Source: the human T2T-CHM13v2.0 reference genome, Homo sapiens. From it: DNA of 64,000 bases. Shown one piece after another: positions 27,618 through 42,914 of this stretch. The notes below the pieces were generated by a model. The model was not told the origin of the DNA and did not search any database. It was given only the letters and a program-made list of their open reading frames with translations. Numbering within the stretch: the stretch's first letter is position 1; every line of letters starts with the position of its first letter. The translations under genes and the position numbers were made by a program. The DNA lies in the NCBI RefSeq assembly GCF_009914755.1, contig NC_060926.1; one strand, written 5' to 3'.

Positions 27618-30600
27618 AATATCCCTGGAATGCCCCCACAGAACTTCCTGGGTGGTTGCCTACACGCCCCTCTCTTAGACAATAAGCTCTCTAAAGAGTC
27701 TTTTTAAAGACAAGAGAGCAGTCAACCTGCCTCCAAGAAACACACAAACAAGGGAAGTCTTGAGCTACATTTTCCACTCAGGGTAGTGCCAACTGGGTCT
27801 GTTACGTCACTTGGAGCAGCTATTTATCTCAAATAAATGAAAAATCCTTTGCTTTGTGGACAATGACAGAAAACTTGCAAATTGGGAGCTTTGCCAGGAG
27901 TGGAATATGCACCTCATTGATGGGGGCTGTCAGGAGACTGAGGACAGAAACCACTGCTGCACCAATCACTGCTGCTGGGGACCACCATCCTCCATGGCCT
28001 CTGCTAAATGTAGCCCCCGGTGCCTGGTTCTGCCTGGAGGGGCTGCTGCTGCTACTCAAGGGCCAGGCCCCCTCCCAATACCAAGTGTAACTCTTCCTTC
28101 AACTCTCCCCTCTGACTGCCTCAGGGAAGACTGCCCTGACCCCCAGACTTGGAGGAAGGTCCAGTCCCATAAAATCCACAGCATCTACCACTTTCTCTGT
28201 TGTAATGCTCACCATGCTCATAGCTACCTACTTACTGCCAGTGTTCCCCACCCAGCTTCCTAGCCACTTTCCATGAGAGCAGTGACCATGTCTGTCCTGT
28301 CCACTGAGTCTTTGTTACCTAACAAGGGCTCTAATACACAGCAGGTCCCCAGTACGTGATTGTGGATTGACTTCAACTAAACAGAAGAGCTAACCAGATG
28401 CTGAGCTCTGTATTAAGTACTTTGTATATATCCACTTCACAGGTGGGTAGTGTGAGGGTCAGAAAAGTCTAGTAATTTGTTCAAAGTCACACAGCTGGGA
28501 AGCAGAAGTGCAAGGAGGATTTGGACTCAGTTATCTGACACCAGAGCCCAAGTGCTGGACCATGACACTAGAAGCCTCCTAGACCCCTTGGGCATCTACC
28601 CTCCTGGGGCGTGGGCTCACTAGAATCCTCAACTCTCCCCCATGCCAACCTTTCCCCTAATAAACTCACAATCCAGCAACCTCTCCAGACCCACAGCCCC
28701 TTGGGGAGACAATGTCCTTTTCATAAAGAACACCACACTGGTTGCCATGGGACCTGAGCTTGGCCTAGCTCCACCACCAGCTGCCATTGTGACCTCAGGC
28801 CAACGACTTGACTTTTCAGGGTCCTCATCTTCCATGCAAGACCAAGACCTTCTCGGGGCATTCTTCAGAATGCCAGCCAGAATAGCTCAGGCTCAGCAAG
28901 GCTAGATTTAATTTCTGCTACTCCATCTATAACTTTGTGACTCTGGGGGCAGCACAAGTGACATTTTGAGCCTCTGTTCCATTAATAAAATAGGGAGAGT
29001 CACCATATCTGCCCTCCTCGCCTGTCTGTGGCAAGGACATGGAAGCCCAGGGAGTTGGAAGTGGCTTGCTCAAGGCCCTACAGCAAACCCGTGATCAAAT
29101 CGGAGTTGAACCCTGTCAAACCAGCTTGAGTTGCTGCTCTTAACCACCTCGCCACGCTAAGCATTAAAAAGCAAGCAAGAAGCTTGGCTGTAAAACCTGA
29201 GCCATACATGTGTTTCTCTTGCCTTATCTGCAAAGCAAGTCTAAAGAGGCTGGACAAGAAAGGTGCAGCCCCAGGATGTGACTCACTGTGACCTTCACCT
29301 TGACTTGTCCCAGCCTTGACACTAGTGAAGGCCCTTTAAATAAAAACAGGGTGATGTCCAACTGGGGGAGGGGGAATAGACTGAAAATAATGCAAAAGGC
29401 AGAACCTGGAAACTTCCCAGGAAGGATAAGGAGATCCACGCCCCTCTTCCCAACAAAACAACCAGTGAACAGGAGAAGATTTAAAAACAACAAGAACAAC
29501 AATTATTTAAGTCTCTGAAAACTGCCACAAAGGCACACAGAAAATTTAAAAAATATGTATATATTTTCAAGAAATCAACTAAATCCCAGTAAGAACAGTA
29601 TAAGGCTGTGGTATTGGAGCCATGACCTGCTCCCTCCCCACTCTCCCTGCAAGCTCCCTCTTAGGAAAGCTCTACTCCAGGTGCTCTGTCCAAGCCAGCA
29701 CAGACAAGAAGATGAGGGCTCCCTTTGTCCCAAGTACCTAACAGGGCTACATTTTGACCCCAGGAAGGGCAGCCACTGGCATTTCTAACCCACTCCCCAC
29801 CACTGCTGTCCCCATGTTGCAAGAGCTCAACTCCAGCTCCTGGTGGGTGTGGCCAAGAGTCTGAGGCTCCTTCCCCTCTGTCCAGCCCCTACTCATGGGG
29901 TAGAAGCTCTTACACCAGGTGCAGCCACAGCTTTCTCCAAGGCTGGAAGTTGTACACCTGGAGGGGCAATCCAAGAATATCAGGGGCCACTACCATTCCT
30001 CCAGTGACCACTGGCAGGACAGAGGTGTCTCTCTAGGAAAAATAGGCAGCTAGACATTCCTCACCCCCCAGCTCCTGTGCAGTGGTGCTGAGGTTCTGCT
30101 CAAGGGGTGCCTTAAGGACAAAGAGCTCTGCAGCTCTGCCTGAAAAGACTGACTTTATTTGGAGCAGATCATGGAGGATACCATGCCAGAGCTTTACCAA
30201 AAACAATGGGGATCTTGGTGGAGAACAATTAAAAGGCCCCTCCAGATCTGTGATACTGGTTGCAATAAGCAAAACAGCAAAACAACCAGAAATCTAATCA
30301 TGAGAACCCACGAAAGAAACAACCAAAAAGAGCCCTCCTCAGATCACAGCCAACCCTGGGGGTTGGGAAGGCTGTGGGCATGGACTATCCCATTCAGGAG
30401 TAATCAGAGCAATGTGTGAGGCAGACTAAAACCACTCAAGGCTGCACAGAAACCCATCATCCAATGTGCAGAAGCCTCACAACAAACCTAATCACAAACC
30501 CTGACCAAGCACTGGCTGAACAAATTTCTCTATCCAGGGGAAACTCCTAGGAAGCTAGGATTAGAAATAAAATCACATGCACGTCTGCCAGTCTGGATGA

Positions 30601-31386
30601 CTGTATGCATACCCAAGATTAGGCCTTCTCAGCAGTGATCAGAAGGGACATCCAAGCTACTACTCCTTGGCTGAACATGGGGCAAAGCATACACTCCTTA
30701 AACTGATAGCAGCCTCCAAGTCACACACGTAGTAAAGGGTTAAAAATCTAACAGATTAAGAGGACTTAAGCACAACCTCTCACCAATAACTATGTTATCA
30801 TGACCTCGAGCAACCCCTAAATAGCTAGGCTAAAAGATAAAATAAAGCAAAACAACTGGAGCAAGGACATTAGAGGCTGTGCAATGCATAGAAAACAGAT
30901 GTCACAGAGTTAGTTCAGCCAAGGCACTAAACAAAGGAATAAATGACCAAGAAAGCAAGAATGACATCAATTCAGGTGGCAATGGTGCAGAGTGGGAGAG
31001 GGAAGAGAGTTAGTATCCAGATCACTATAATACATTATCTAAAATATAAAGTTTTCAACAAAATAATTATGAGGCATGTGAAAGTTATAGGACTTCCCAA
31101 ACAGGATAATATGGTCCCAGTTCAGGAATAAAAGCAATCAACAAAATTATCTGTGAGGAGGTCCAGATGTTGAACTTCCTAAACAAAGATTTCAAATCAG
31201 CTATTATAAATATGTCCAATGAAATAAAGGACATTTTGTCTAAAGTATTAAAGGAGAGTATAATAACAATGCCTCACTAAAAAGAGAATTTCAATAAAGA
31301 GACAAATTATTTTCAATGGGCATTCTATTATATCATATTTAAACTCCATCCAAAAACTGCCCAACTGAAGTGATGGAGTGGTTTCT

Positions 31387-32046
31387 GTGTTAGTCCATTT
31401 TGCATTGCTATAAAGGAATACCCGAGACTGGGTAGTTTATAAAGAAAAGAAGTTTCTTTGGCTCATTGTTCTGCAGACTGTACAAGAAGCACAGTGCCAG
31501 CATCTGCTTCTGGCGAGGCCTCAGAAAGCTTTTACTCACTGTGGAAGGCAGGGAGAACCAGTGTATCACATGGCAGGAGAGGGAGCAAGAAAGATGCCAG
31601 GCTGTTTTAAATAACCGGCTTTCATGTTGGCGAGAACTCACTCACTACCATTGGGAGGTCACCAAGACATTCATAAGGCCAGCCCCCATGACCCAAATAC
31701 CTCCCACTAGGCCCCACCTCCAACATTGGGGATCACATTTCAACATGAGTTCTGGAAGGGACAAACATCCAAACTATTTTTTTTTTAAATTATACTCTAA
31801 GTTCTAGGGTACATGTGCACAACGTGCAGGTTTGTTACATATGTATACATGTGCCATGTTGGTGTGCTGCACCCATTAACTCGTCATTTACATTAGGTAT
31901 ATCTCCTAATGCTATCCCTCCCTACTCCCCACACCCCACGACAGGCCCTGGTGTGTGATGTTCCCCATCCCGTGTCCAAGTGTTCTCACTGTTCAATTCC
32001 CACCTATGAGTGAGAACATGCGGGACAAACATCCAAACTATTTAAA
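31387..32046 (-). mobile_element. MSTB-type MaLR solo LTR (contains an L1PA insertion)
   Basis: TGTGTTAGTCCATTTTGCATTGCTATAAAGGAATACC...CCCCACCTCCAACATTGGGGATCACATTTCAACATGAG. Confidence 0.85.
31778..32021 (-). mobile_element. short 5'-truncated L1PA (PA5-like) 3' end
   Basis: TTATACTCTAAGTTCTAGGGTACATGTGCAC...TTTACATTAGGTATATCTCC; TSD of at least 20 bp GGGACAAACATCCAAACTAT at 31758 and 32022. Confidence 0.92.
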
Positions 32047-32364
32047 TGGCCCGTTGTAGGCACAGCTTAGGCACTGGTGTGAGGATGGTGTGTCACCTCC
32101 AAGAAGCAGGGGATACTCTAATTCAGTGTCATGTGTGCTCAGTTGTTAGATACTTGGATTGGTAACCAAATGGGTAGCAATGGGAGTATCCTCATATGAA
32201 AAATGTGTGCATCCCATCCTGGCATATCTGAATTGTGGGTGTTTACTGGTCTTGGTTTCCAAAAAATAATACTTTCAAGGGAATACATAGAGAGGCTCAT
32301 TGAATTATAAGTTATGGCTCTTTCCACGGCATATTGGCTTCTGGTACCAAGGGATCATCAGGCA

Positions 32365-33402
<1,038 letters not shown>

Positions 33403-33650
33403 GGCAGGAAGAGGAGTCACCATCCTAATAGGGGCAATTTAAGAAAAAAAGGAAAAGGAAATTCTAGAGTTGAAAAGTACTATGACAAAAATGAAAATTT
33501 CACTAGAGGGGCTCAATAATATTTGTGCTGATACAAGAAAAATTCAATAAATATGAAATAGACCAACTGAGATTATGCAGTGTGAAGAACAGATAGAAAA
33601 AACAGTGAAGAAACATGAACAGAGCCTCAGGAAAAAGTAGGACGCAATTA

Positions 33651-34058
<408 letters not shown>

Positions 34059-35675
34059 TTAATGGCTAAAATTGTCTCAAGTTTGATTAAAATTATTAAT
34101 TTATATGTATGTAAGTCTCAATAAAGCCCAAGTAGAATAAACACAAAGAAACGTACATACAGACACACAGTTAAAATATTGAAAGCCAAAGATACGAATT
34201 GAAAGCAGCAGGAGAAAAATGATTCATCACATACAAGGGACCCTCAATAAGATTAACATCTGAATTCTCATGAGAAACATTAAGGCCAGAAGGTAGGGTA
34301 TGAAAGAAAAACAAAATAAAACAAAAATTCTGTTGACTAAGTATCTTATATCCAGCCAAACTATCTTTCAAAATTGAAGGCAAAACAAAGGCATTCCCAG
34401 ATAAACAGAAACAAAAAATTCATTGCTAGCAGACCTACCTTTCAAGAAATACTAAAGGAGGTCCCTCAGACTGAAAACAGGTGAGGGCTAAGAATAATTC
34501 TAATCCACACAAGGAAACAGAGTGCACCAGTGAAGGTTTGTGTAGCATCGAGTAATTATGTAGTAATTACGTCAGTAATTCTAAAAGATAAGATAATTGC
34601 ATGTTTCTTCTCTATACTGATTAAGCAATTGTATAAAACAACATATATTATTGTATTGTTGAATTTATAACTTACAGAAATGTAATATGTTTACCAATAA
34701 CAACGCAAAGGAAGTTAGGGGGAATACAAAATTATATTAAAGAAATGACACAAGATGGTAATTCAAATCCACAGGAAGACATGAAGAGACACAAAAGTGG
34801 TAAATAAGAAAGTTGCTAAATATATACTTTTTCTCCATTCTTTTCTCAGCCTCTTTAAAAGGCAGGTGTTATATATAAGGTAATATATATAAAGAGATTG
34901 AAAATAAAACCAGGGGAAAAAAGATATACCATCTAAATAGCAGTCATAAGATAGTAGGAGTTGCTATGCTGATATCAGATAAAATAGACTCTAAAACATA
35001 AAAAAAAAAGTTACCAGGGCTAAAAAAAAAAAAAGACTTTTTTTAACAATAAAAGGGTCAATTTATCAGGAAAATAAAAAATGTAACATTTCGTACTTAA
35101 CAACAGAGCCCCAAAATACACAAAACACGTTAGACAGAATTAAAGGGAGAAATAGACAACTCAACAGCTGCAGACTTCCACAGCCCACTTTCCGTAATGG
35201 ATAGAACACCATGGATGTTCTATGGTACATGGATGATAAGGAACTAGAAAGCTCCAACAGCACTATTAACCAAGCAAACCTAACAGATATCTGTAGAAAA
35301 CACTACCCAACAACAGCAGAATGTACATTTTTCTCAAGTGCACATGGAACATTCTCCAAGATAGATCATGAACTAGGCCATAAAACCAGCCTCAAAAAAC
35401 TTAAAGTAATTGAAATCATACAAATTATGATCTCAGACCACAATGGACTTAAGTTAGAAATTAACCACAAGACATTAGAGAAATACCTAAATATGTGGAA
35501 ATTAAACAACACGCTGCTGAAATAACCAATGAGTCAAAGAAGAAATCACAAGCGTAATTAGAAAATACTTTGAGATGAATGAAAACAAAAATACAAAACA
35601 ACAAAATTTATGAACTGCAACTAAGGTAGTAAAACTAATAGCTATAAATGCCTACATTAAAACAGAAGAAAGATC

Positions 35676-36007
35676 TGTTAAATCAAGTTTAGCCAAAAGC
35701 TGCCCCCTTACATAGTTTAAGTTTGGCCTAAAAGTTTCTCTGTACATCATGAACTGTAACAAGCAGAGGTGTAAACAGACCATAGCCTACACTTGTGCCA
35801 ATCACCGAGTTTTAGCCAATCAAATGTAGCCAACTGTTCAAACTGTGTTCAAATAAGGCAAATGCCAACCTGTAGCCAATCCAGCCATTTCGGTACTCGC
35901 TTCTGTTTTCTGTAGGTCATTTGCCTTTTTCTCTCCATAAATCTTCTGCCACATGGCTATGCTGGAGTCTCAGAGCTTACTCTGGCTCGGGAGGCTGCCC
36001 AATTCGT
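35676..36007 (+). mobile_element. MER57A-type ERV1 LTR, 3'-truncated
   Basis: TGTTAAATCAAGTTTAGCC...multiple CCAAT boxes...GTTCAAATAAGGCAAATGCC; lacks the terminal ..TTTTAACA. Confidence 0.8.
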
Positions 36008-36581
36008 GGCCTGGGCAGTTTGTTGGTCCTGAAACAAGCCTGGCACTGAGGGGCCTCCCGTCCCAGACTCCAGAACCAGGAAATTTGACTGGGTCAGTTT
36101 TCAGTTACAATCTCCTGACTTCCTCAGATGTTACTGAAATGCTCTGAATGAGATGGTCCCAATGAGACTGAAGTGTCCTGCCTGGAACCTCATTGGCCTT
36201 GTCTGATCCCTGAGATGGACAGCCTGAGCTGGCTCCAATATGCCAGGCCCTTCAGATATTTGAGTCTCAGACAACCTGGGGGTGGAGGGATGCAGACGAG
36301 AGAGAGTTATTCATGCTCTTCATGCATCTATCTGCTCCTGGGGTCGCTCTGATGGCTGGGGGTGGCTCAGGTCCTGAAAATGGAGCTGGGAGCCTCAGGA
36401 GCCTCCATTCTCCTGATCTATAAAGAGTGTGCAGTTTGATCATATTTCTTTTGGAAAGTGACTCTTGCTTTTACCTTCCAAACAAGCAGGGGTATAAATC
36501 AGACAACTGTGAAAACTCATTTTTATAAAACAGACAACCCTAGGAAGATGAAATGTGATGAAATCTTGCCATGGAGGGCAA

Positions 36582-36975
36582 TGTTATGGGTTGAATTGTG
36601 CCAGCTTTCCATTCGTATGGTGAAGTTCTAACACCCAGTATCTCAGAATGGGACCTAATTTGGAGATAGGGTCTTTATAGAGGTAATCAAGCTAAAACAA
36701 GGTCATTAGGGTGACCCCTAAACCAGCAATACTGGAGTTCTTATCAAAGGGGGAAATTTGGACACAGAAACACGTATACAGGGACAACACCCATCTACAA
36801 ACCAAGTAGAGAAGCCTGAAACAGATCTTTCCCTCAAAGACATCAGAAGGAACCAACTCTGCCGACACCTTGATCTTGGACTTCCAGCCTCCAGAGCTGT
36901 GAGAGGCTAAATCTCTATTCCTTAAGCCTTCTAGTTTGTGGTATGTTATTATGGCAGCCCTAGCAAACTAATACA
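36582..36975 (+). mobile_element. MLT1B-type MaLR solo LTR
   Basis: TGTTATGGGTTGAATTGTG...GGACTTCCAGCCTCCAGAGCTGTGAG...GCAGCCCTAGCAAACTAATACA. Confidence 0.88.
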
Positions 36976-38013
36976 GGGGATTCCAATTTACATCTAGAGT
37001 CCTGAAAGGATAGTGAATGCCTGATCCAGGCACATTCCCCCAAAAGCCGAATCTTCTCTTTCGAATCTTGCTGCACCTGGCACCCTCAGCAAGGCCTTTA
37101 CAGAGTCTTTCCTTGGCAAGACTCCTGAAGACTAAGGGTGATTTATGAACTGGGTTCCTGACCACATTGAAAGACTCTAAAGCCTAGGTGTGGGGTACCC
37201 AGACCAATGGCCAGATACTTTGCTGGAGAGAGGATGGCTAAGACCCTGACTCAGTTGAAGCTCTTTCCTCTCCACCACCATTTTTCAATGGCCTCTTCTC
37301 CAAACCAACCCCTTTGTGGCATCCAATCCTTTCCCAGTTTTACTCCAAGCATTGGACAATTTCTAAGCCTCTGATTCACATTCCTTTAGGTTTTAGGTCA
37401 CTGATTCCAAGGCTTCCTCTTCTCACACTAACGTCCACACCCGATGTCCCTCCATCACCCCAGCCTTAACCATGCCTGGATTTCCCATTCCCAGGTCTGT
37501 TCCCTCCACCTCAGCTCCCTCCTGGACCTCGTTGTCAGCAGGAACTACTCCTCATCTGACATTTCCTCTCTTATCATGACCTCTTAGCCTCCCACCTCCC
37601 CAATCCCACTGAACCTGTCCACCTCAACGCTGTTCCCCCTCCACACTATTAAAGCATCATTTTAGAAGAGAGATCTCTAAGAGGCTGAGGTCCACTTTCA
37701 ACATCTGGTCTCTATATCTCTAGTCAGACATGGCTTCTCAACCACCACTGTTTCTAATTCCTGTTGGTGTCTGACCTCTGTCTTGGACACCCTTCACCCT
37801 TGAATAAGAACACAGAGTCAGGTTTTTGTGGCTCAACCTTGATCCTTCTCTTCATTGGGTTTCTCCCTCAGGCTGTATCGCCCTCTCCCCACTCATTAAC
37901 CAGCTTCCCTACTTGGCTCTGGCTCACTCCTGTCAGTCTACACTGGCCTCCCCTAAAGGGTGGGATCAGGCAAAATCTACTTTTCTGTGTCCCACAGACC
38001 CCAAACTCTTGAC

Positions 38014-38056
38014 CACCTCCTCCTCCTTCTCCTCCTCCTCCTCCTCCTCCTCCTCC
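38014..38056. repeat. (CCT)n trinucleotide repeat
   Basis: Directly visible. Confidence 0.95.
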
Positions 38057-38321
38057 CATCTTTGGGCTCCTCAGCAGGTTCTCATTTCCTCCTCATACTT
38101 CCTCAATGGACTGGCTTTCCCATTCACCTCGCTGCTGTTTTCAGCCTTGACACACCCCTCTCAGCGGAGACACCTCACCTCTTCTTCATCTGGAGGGAGA
38201 CAGGCAGATGCCTCCATACCTGCCTTTCTGAGCGTGAGAACACCACTTGTCTGTATGTGACAGAGACTTCTGAGCAGGCAAAAGGCATCAGTGTGGGAGA
38301 GAAGAAGGGACCCTCTGATGC

Positions 38322-38388
38322 CCATTTCCAGCAGGATTTTCCATTTCCAGCAGGATTTTCCATTTCCAGCAGGATCTTCCATCTCCAG
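38322..38388. repeat. 19-bp tandem repeat, ~3.5 copies (CCATTTCCAGCAGGATTTT)
   Basis: Units start at 38322, 38341, 38360 and 38379. Confidence 0.95.
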
Positions 38389-39436
38389 GCCATGGCCTTG
38401 AGAGCCGCTTCACAGAACCTGCTGCAGGGAGGGGAAGAACAAGTAGCCTTGGGCATAAACCCAGACTTAGAAATGTGGCCTAAGAACCTGAAACCTTCAC
38501 AAGAAACAGGAACAGTTGAACAGAAACAGACACCTTCTCAGCCTCCATCAATTATCACCCTCTTCTTGCAACCGCAGAAGCTCCCACCCCTTGGCTGTGT
38601 TGCCTTCCCTACCCTTGGAATCTGGGCACTCCCATTCCTGCACCATCGTCTGTCAGTATTTTCTTTCCAATGAACTATCAGCCATCCCACTCCTTCTTTT
38701 CGTCCACACATTTCTTGTAAGGACCCTTGGCACTTCTTCGTCTCCTCCTCATCTTCAGCCAGTGCAGTACGGATTCTGACCCCAGATGGTGCCTCTGCCA
38801 AACACCCTCGGCAAAATCACTCCAAGCTCCTAGGTTCAGGGTTCTCTCCTTGGTTTTTATTATATTCAAATCCTCAGCAGCATCTGACTGAGCACTTCTT
38901 TTTGCAACTCTGGCCTCCTGTATTCTCCAAGGCAACTCTCTCGTGGTTCTCTTTCTCTAACTGCTTTTTCCTCTTCCTCCAACTGCTCTGCAATGACACC
39001 ATCCTCCCCAAATTCCACACATCTCCTCTTTCTAGAGCCTCTAGAAGAAAGCGCTTCCTCTCTCTTACAGCTTGTAGTATGATCAGAATTTCCGATTCTC
39101 AAATGCAGTGGTGTCTGGACCCCAGATTTCAAACTGCCCATCAGACATTTCTTCCTGGAGGCTGCAAAACTTTTGGGTACTTTAAAATCAATCTGTTCAA
39201 AATGGAACTTTTTTGATACGCTCCTCCAATGAAATGTTTTGATACAGTAGAAGGAAGCTCATACATCCCTCTCTCCTGGCCCAAAATGACTGCACTGTTT
39301 AAGGCTATGGGAGCTGTTAGTGATGATGTCACCAATGTAGTTTCTAACCAGAGGTGAGTTGTACCACAGTGGCAGATCAGCCCCATAGAGAACTAAATTT
39401 CTCATTGTCACTTTTCTGGGAAAAAAAATCCCATGA

Positions 39437-39860
39437 TGCTATAGTCGAGATGTTTGTCCCCTCCAAATCATGTTGAAATTTGATCCCCATTGTTGGAGGT
39501 GGAGCCTCGTGGGAGGTGTTTGGGTCATGGAGGGGTGGAGGCCTTGTGAATACATTAATGACCTCCCTGGGGGAGGGTGAATAACTTCTCACTCTATTCA
39601 ATCCAGGGTGACCTGGTTGTTAAAAAGGGCCTGCTACCTTCCCCCTCTCTCATGCTTCCTCTCTCACCGTGTGATCTCTGCACACAGTGCCTCTTCAGCT
39701 TCCAGCAGGAATGGAAGCGGCCTGAGGCCCTCCCCAGAAACAGATGCTGCACCATGCTTCCTGTACAGCCTGCAGAACCATGAGCCAAATAAACCACTTT
39801 TCTTTATGAATTACTCAGATTTGGGTATTGCTTTATAGCAACACTAAACAGATTAAGACA
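39437..39860 (+). mobile_element. MSTB1-type MaLR solo LTR
   Basis: TGCTATAGT..CCCCTCCAAATCATGTTGAAATTTGATCCCC...CAGCCTGCAGAACCATGAGCCAAATAAAC...GATTAAGACA. Confidence 0.88.
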
Positions 39861-41449
39861 CAGAGAGACAGGTTTTAATATTATTCTGTTCTTTTCCCTA
39901 AAGGTTTTATATTACTATTAAATATCTTCCCAATCATAAAAATTATGCATTGCTAGGATAAAATGTTGTCTTGGTTTCATGCCCGCCATGTGTTACACAA
40001 TCCTCATCTCTTCCTCCACATTCATCAACAATTTTCCCATTTAAAACCTCTCTGCGTATTTATTGCCTCCCTGCCTGACATAGTTATGGACAGCACCCAG
40101 GAGCACCCAGTTACTCATTTTAGAGTTTATGGAGCAGATGTCAGGCACAGAGAGATTACTGGTGAGCCATCGCATGGGTGATATTTTCATTCTGCATCCT
40201 TGTGGAGTAAGGTTGTGGTTTGGATTTTGCACTTGTTTTCTTTTTCTTGCAAGAGAAGGAAAGAAGGTTGAAATATGCCTGCGTTACAAGTCACGGTGCC
40301 TCCAGCAAGAACCACTGCAACAACAAAGGAAATTCGTTTTCTCACCCTACTTGGTGCAAGATTTGTTTATTCATAGAGAGACAAGCATGCTGTATAATAT
40401 AAAAAGTGAAAGCCCAAAAAAGGATTTAAAAGGGTGTTTACAGTCTTATTAAAGTTCAGTCCTGACACCACTGCAGGAAGGCAAAATCTTAAAAGTACAT
40501 ACTGCACTTTAGAAATCATAGAGCTGCCTCTGAGTGAAGGAGGGATGGGGACCACTGGAGGGCAGCAGGAAGGGAAGATAAAGATGCAAGGGAGGTGCAG
40601 GTCCATGGGAAGAAAGGAGACAAGAGGACGGTGAGGTGCTGGCTCAGGCTCCTGAGGACCCTGATGCATGTGATTCCTGAAGAGTCAGGACAAGGCACCT
40701 GACGCCTTGCCACTGCCTCCATGACTGTGAAGAACACAGTCTTAACCCTCATGACTGTGAAGAACAAGGATGCGGCCAGGAGGAATTCACCCTGTGAATA
40801 GTGTTTGTAATGGAAAATAAAATACAAATTTTAAAACCTCTGTAGCGCTACTTCCGTAGGAATTTCTTTTGTGTGTGGATGTCAGGGTGCCCACGGCCCA
40901 GCTGTTGGTGCTATGCTCCACTTTGTGAGCAAAGCCAATGCTGGACCCACAGCCAGCTAACCCGGGGACCTGCTGGAGTAGGGGCCAGTGTTCATAAACT
41001 GCTGGGAAGTGCCCCCAGCACAATAATGCTCTTCTGGGGGTTCAAAATGGGGGAAGGGTATCCTCCCCTAAGTCAAAAGAATAAGAAAGGGGTAGCGGTC
41101 AGCCACCCTGGAGCCAAAGTGAGGCCCATGGTGCGCTGGGGGAGGAGGGAGCCTCGTGCTCACACCGGTCCTGCAGGCACCACTCAACTCTAGCATCAGA
41201 GTCCTGGGTTCAATCCCCAGCTCCACCAGCAACTGGCTGGCAAGCCTGAGTAAGCACTGCATCTCTCCAGGCCTTCTGCACTCCTCTAGGACAAGAAGGT
41301 GACAAGAGGCACATCTTGTAAGATTGTTAGAAGAATTTCAAAAGGCAGTGTGTATCAACTGCTTATTTTAAAGTCCCTGATACATACACAGGCACCAAGT
41401 GCTCAGGGAAAAGTTGGCTATTAACATGAGCTTTCTGGCCTCCACCGGA

Positions 41450-41910
41450 GATGCCGACTCTTTGGTCTCGGCTTCTTTTCTTTTGCAGATCCGTTCCTCC
41501 ATGTGAGTGGTCCTGTCTTGCCCACCCCAGGAATGGGCACCTGACGAACCTGGACAATTATTAACACATCCTTCCCCCGCAGTGTAGCTGTGGGTTGGGG
41601 GGCACGTGACCCCCTTCAGCAATGCTCCTGTCTCTGGAATTACTCTCTGTCTGGTGATGTTGCAGGATTATCTCTGTCTCCTCCCTAGAAGGATTCTGCC
41701 TAAGAATGAAGTCGATGAAGGGAAGTAAGAACTGAGAGATGGAAGGAGAGATCTGGAAGGCCCCCTAGAGCCCCAGGTTCTAGCTATGTGAGAAGCCAGC
41801 ACCACCCCCTGACACATTCTCATTATGGGAGCCAATAGGTCCTCTTTTCAGCTAAAGTTACCTTAAGTTAGATTTTTGTCTCTGACCTCCAGAAAGCCCT
41901 GTCTAATGCA
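41450..41910 (+). mobile_element. old MLT1 (J/K-like) LTR remnant
   Basis: GAATGAAGTC..GAACTGAGAGATGGAAGGAGAGA...GAGCCAATA...GTTAGATTTTTGTC...CTAATGCA. Confidence 0.45.
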
Positions 41911-42914
41911 TACCATCCCCCAACACAGAGTGGAGACCATGAATAAGGGTGCGCACCAATGACAATGGGCGATAGTCAACCCTGTTATGTACCCAAATCA
42001 CCTGTAGGCCTCTTAAAAGGACAGTCTAGGTCCTATCCCCAGAGATTCTGATTCGGTACAACTGGAGAGCATCTGGCCATCCTTCCATTTTAGTCCATAA
42101 AGGATGGGAAACCAGGCACCCCCCAGGAAACCCAAGGCATCCCAGTTACTGTGGGGAGAAGGAGGCTTGGTGCTGTCAGGCTGAAATCAGAACAAGCCAC
42201 ATCACACACTCAGAGAAAGGCCAAAATATCATCACCTTTGTTTTACTTGGTAAGAAATGGCCTGTTTCTGATAATAATCACGATCTTCCATTTGATGTAG
42301 CCAGAGATGCAACTGTAGCATGTTAATACTAAGAAGCCATTTCCATCATTCCTGAATTCAGGTTCACTCTGAGTCTGACAGTGTTTCCTTCCTTCCGCTG
42401 GCGTCGCCACCTCCACAAATATCACTTATGTGCAGGCAGCTCTTGTGTGCACTGTCCCCTTGCCCAGCACCGGCAGATGGGCCGACCCTGTGGAGCCACG
42501 GTGTGTCTGTGCCTTTCTGCATTCAGGGAGGCCTTTCCCCCAACCCCAGTGGGGCTTCTTTTCCCCCTGGAGGGCACTCCGCAACTGCATCTTTGTCCTC
42601 ATGTTTAAAGGAGAAATAAAATCCTTTCTGCTATCATGCAGTGTAGGATGAGGAAGAGGCAGGTGAGCTATTTGAGTTAGGGCGATTTTAACTAGCTGGG
42701 GCTCTGAGAGCGGCCACAGACATCCAGCAAATGGTCCGCGGGACTCAACTTCTCACCAAGTCAGCCTGACTCTGGAGGCCATGGCCTTGCCACAGGTCAC
42801 CTCTTAGCCTTATCCAACCCAAACATCAGTGCCTTTTCATTCCAAACATCTCAGACTCCTTCAAGCTCATTAACTCATGAGTACAGTTTATAGGGGCACT
42901 GGCTGCAAGGTAGG

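Larger units (their letters stand above)
37400..39330 (+). mobile_element. highly diverged L2 ORF2 fragments
   Basis: Pyrimidine-rich sense strand with L2-like stretches near 37480-37600 and 38660-39330; boundaries approximate. Confidence 0.4.

Noticed and set aside
38322-38388. Short direct repeats as a possible CRISPR-like array (also 5882-6031)
   Set aside because: The units are contiguous with no unique spacers, there are no cas genes, and the DNA is primate.
37960-38673. Longest ORF in the track (237 aa) with a poly-Leu run resembling a signal peptide
   Set aside because: The Leu run is the (CCT)n microsatellite, the start codon is GTG, the ORF crosses the 19-bp tandem repeat and L2-like sequence, and it has no recognisable domain.
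40720-40766. 17-bp direct repeat CATGACTGTGAAGAACA spaced 30 bp apart (similar small repeats near 8762 and 45058)
   Set aside because: Ordinary micro-duplications with no element between the copies.
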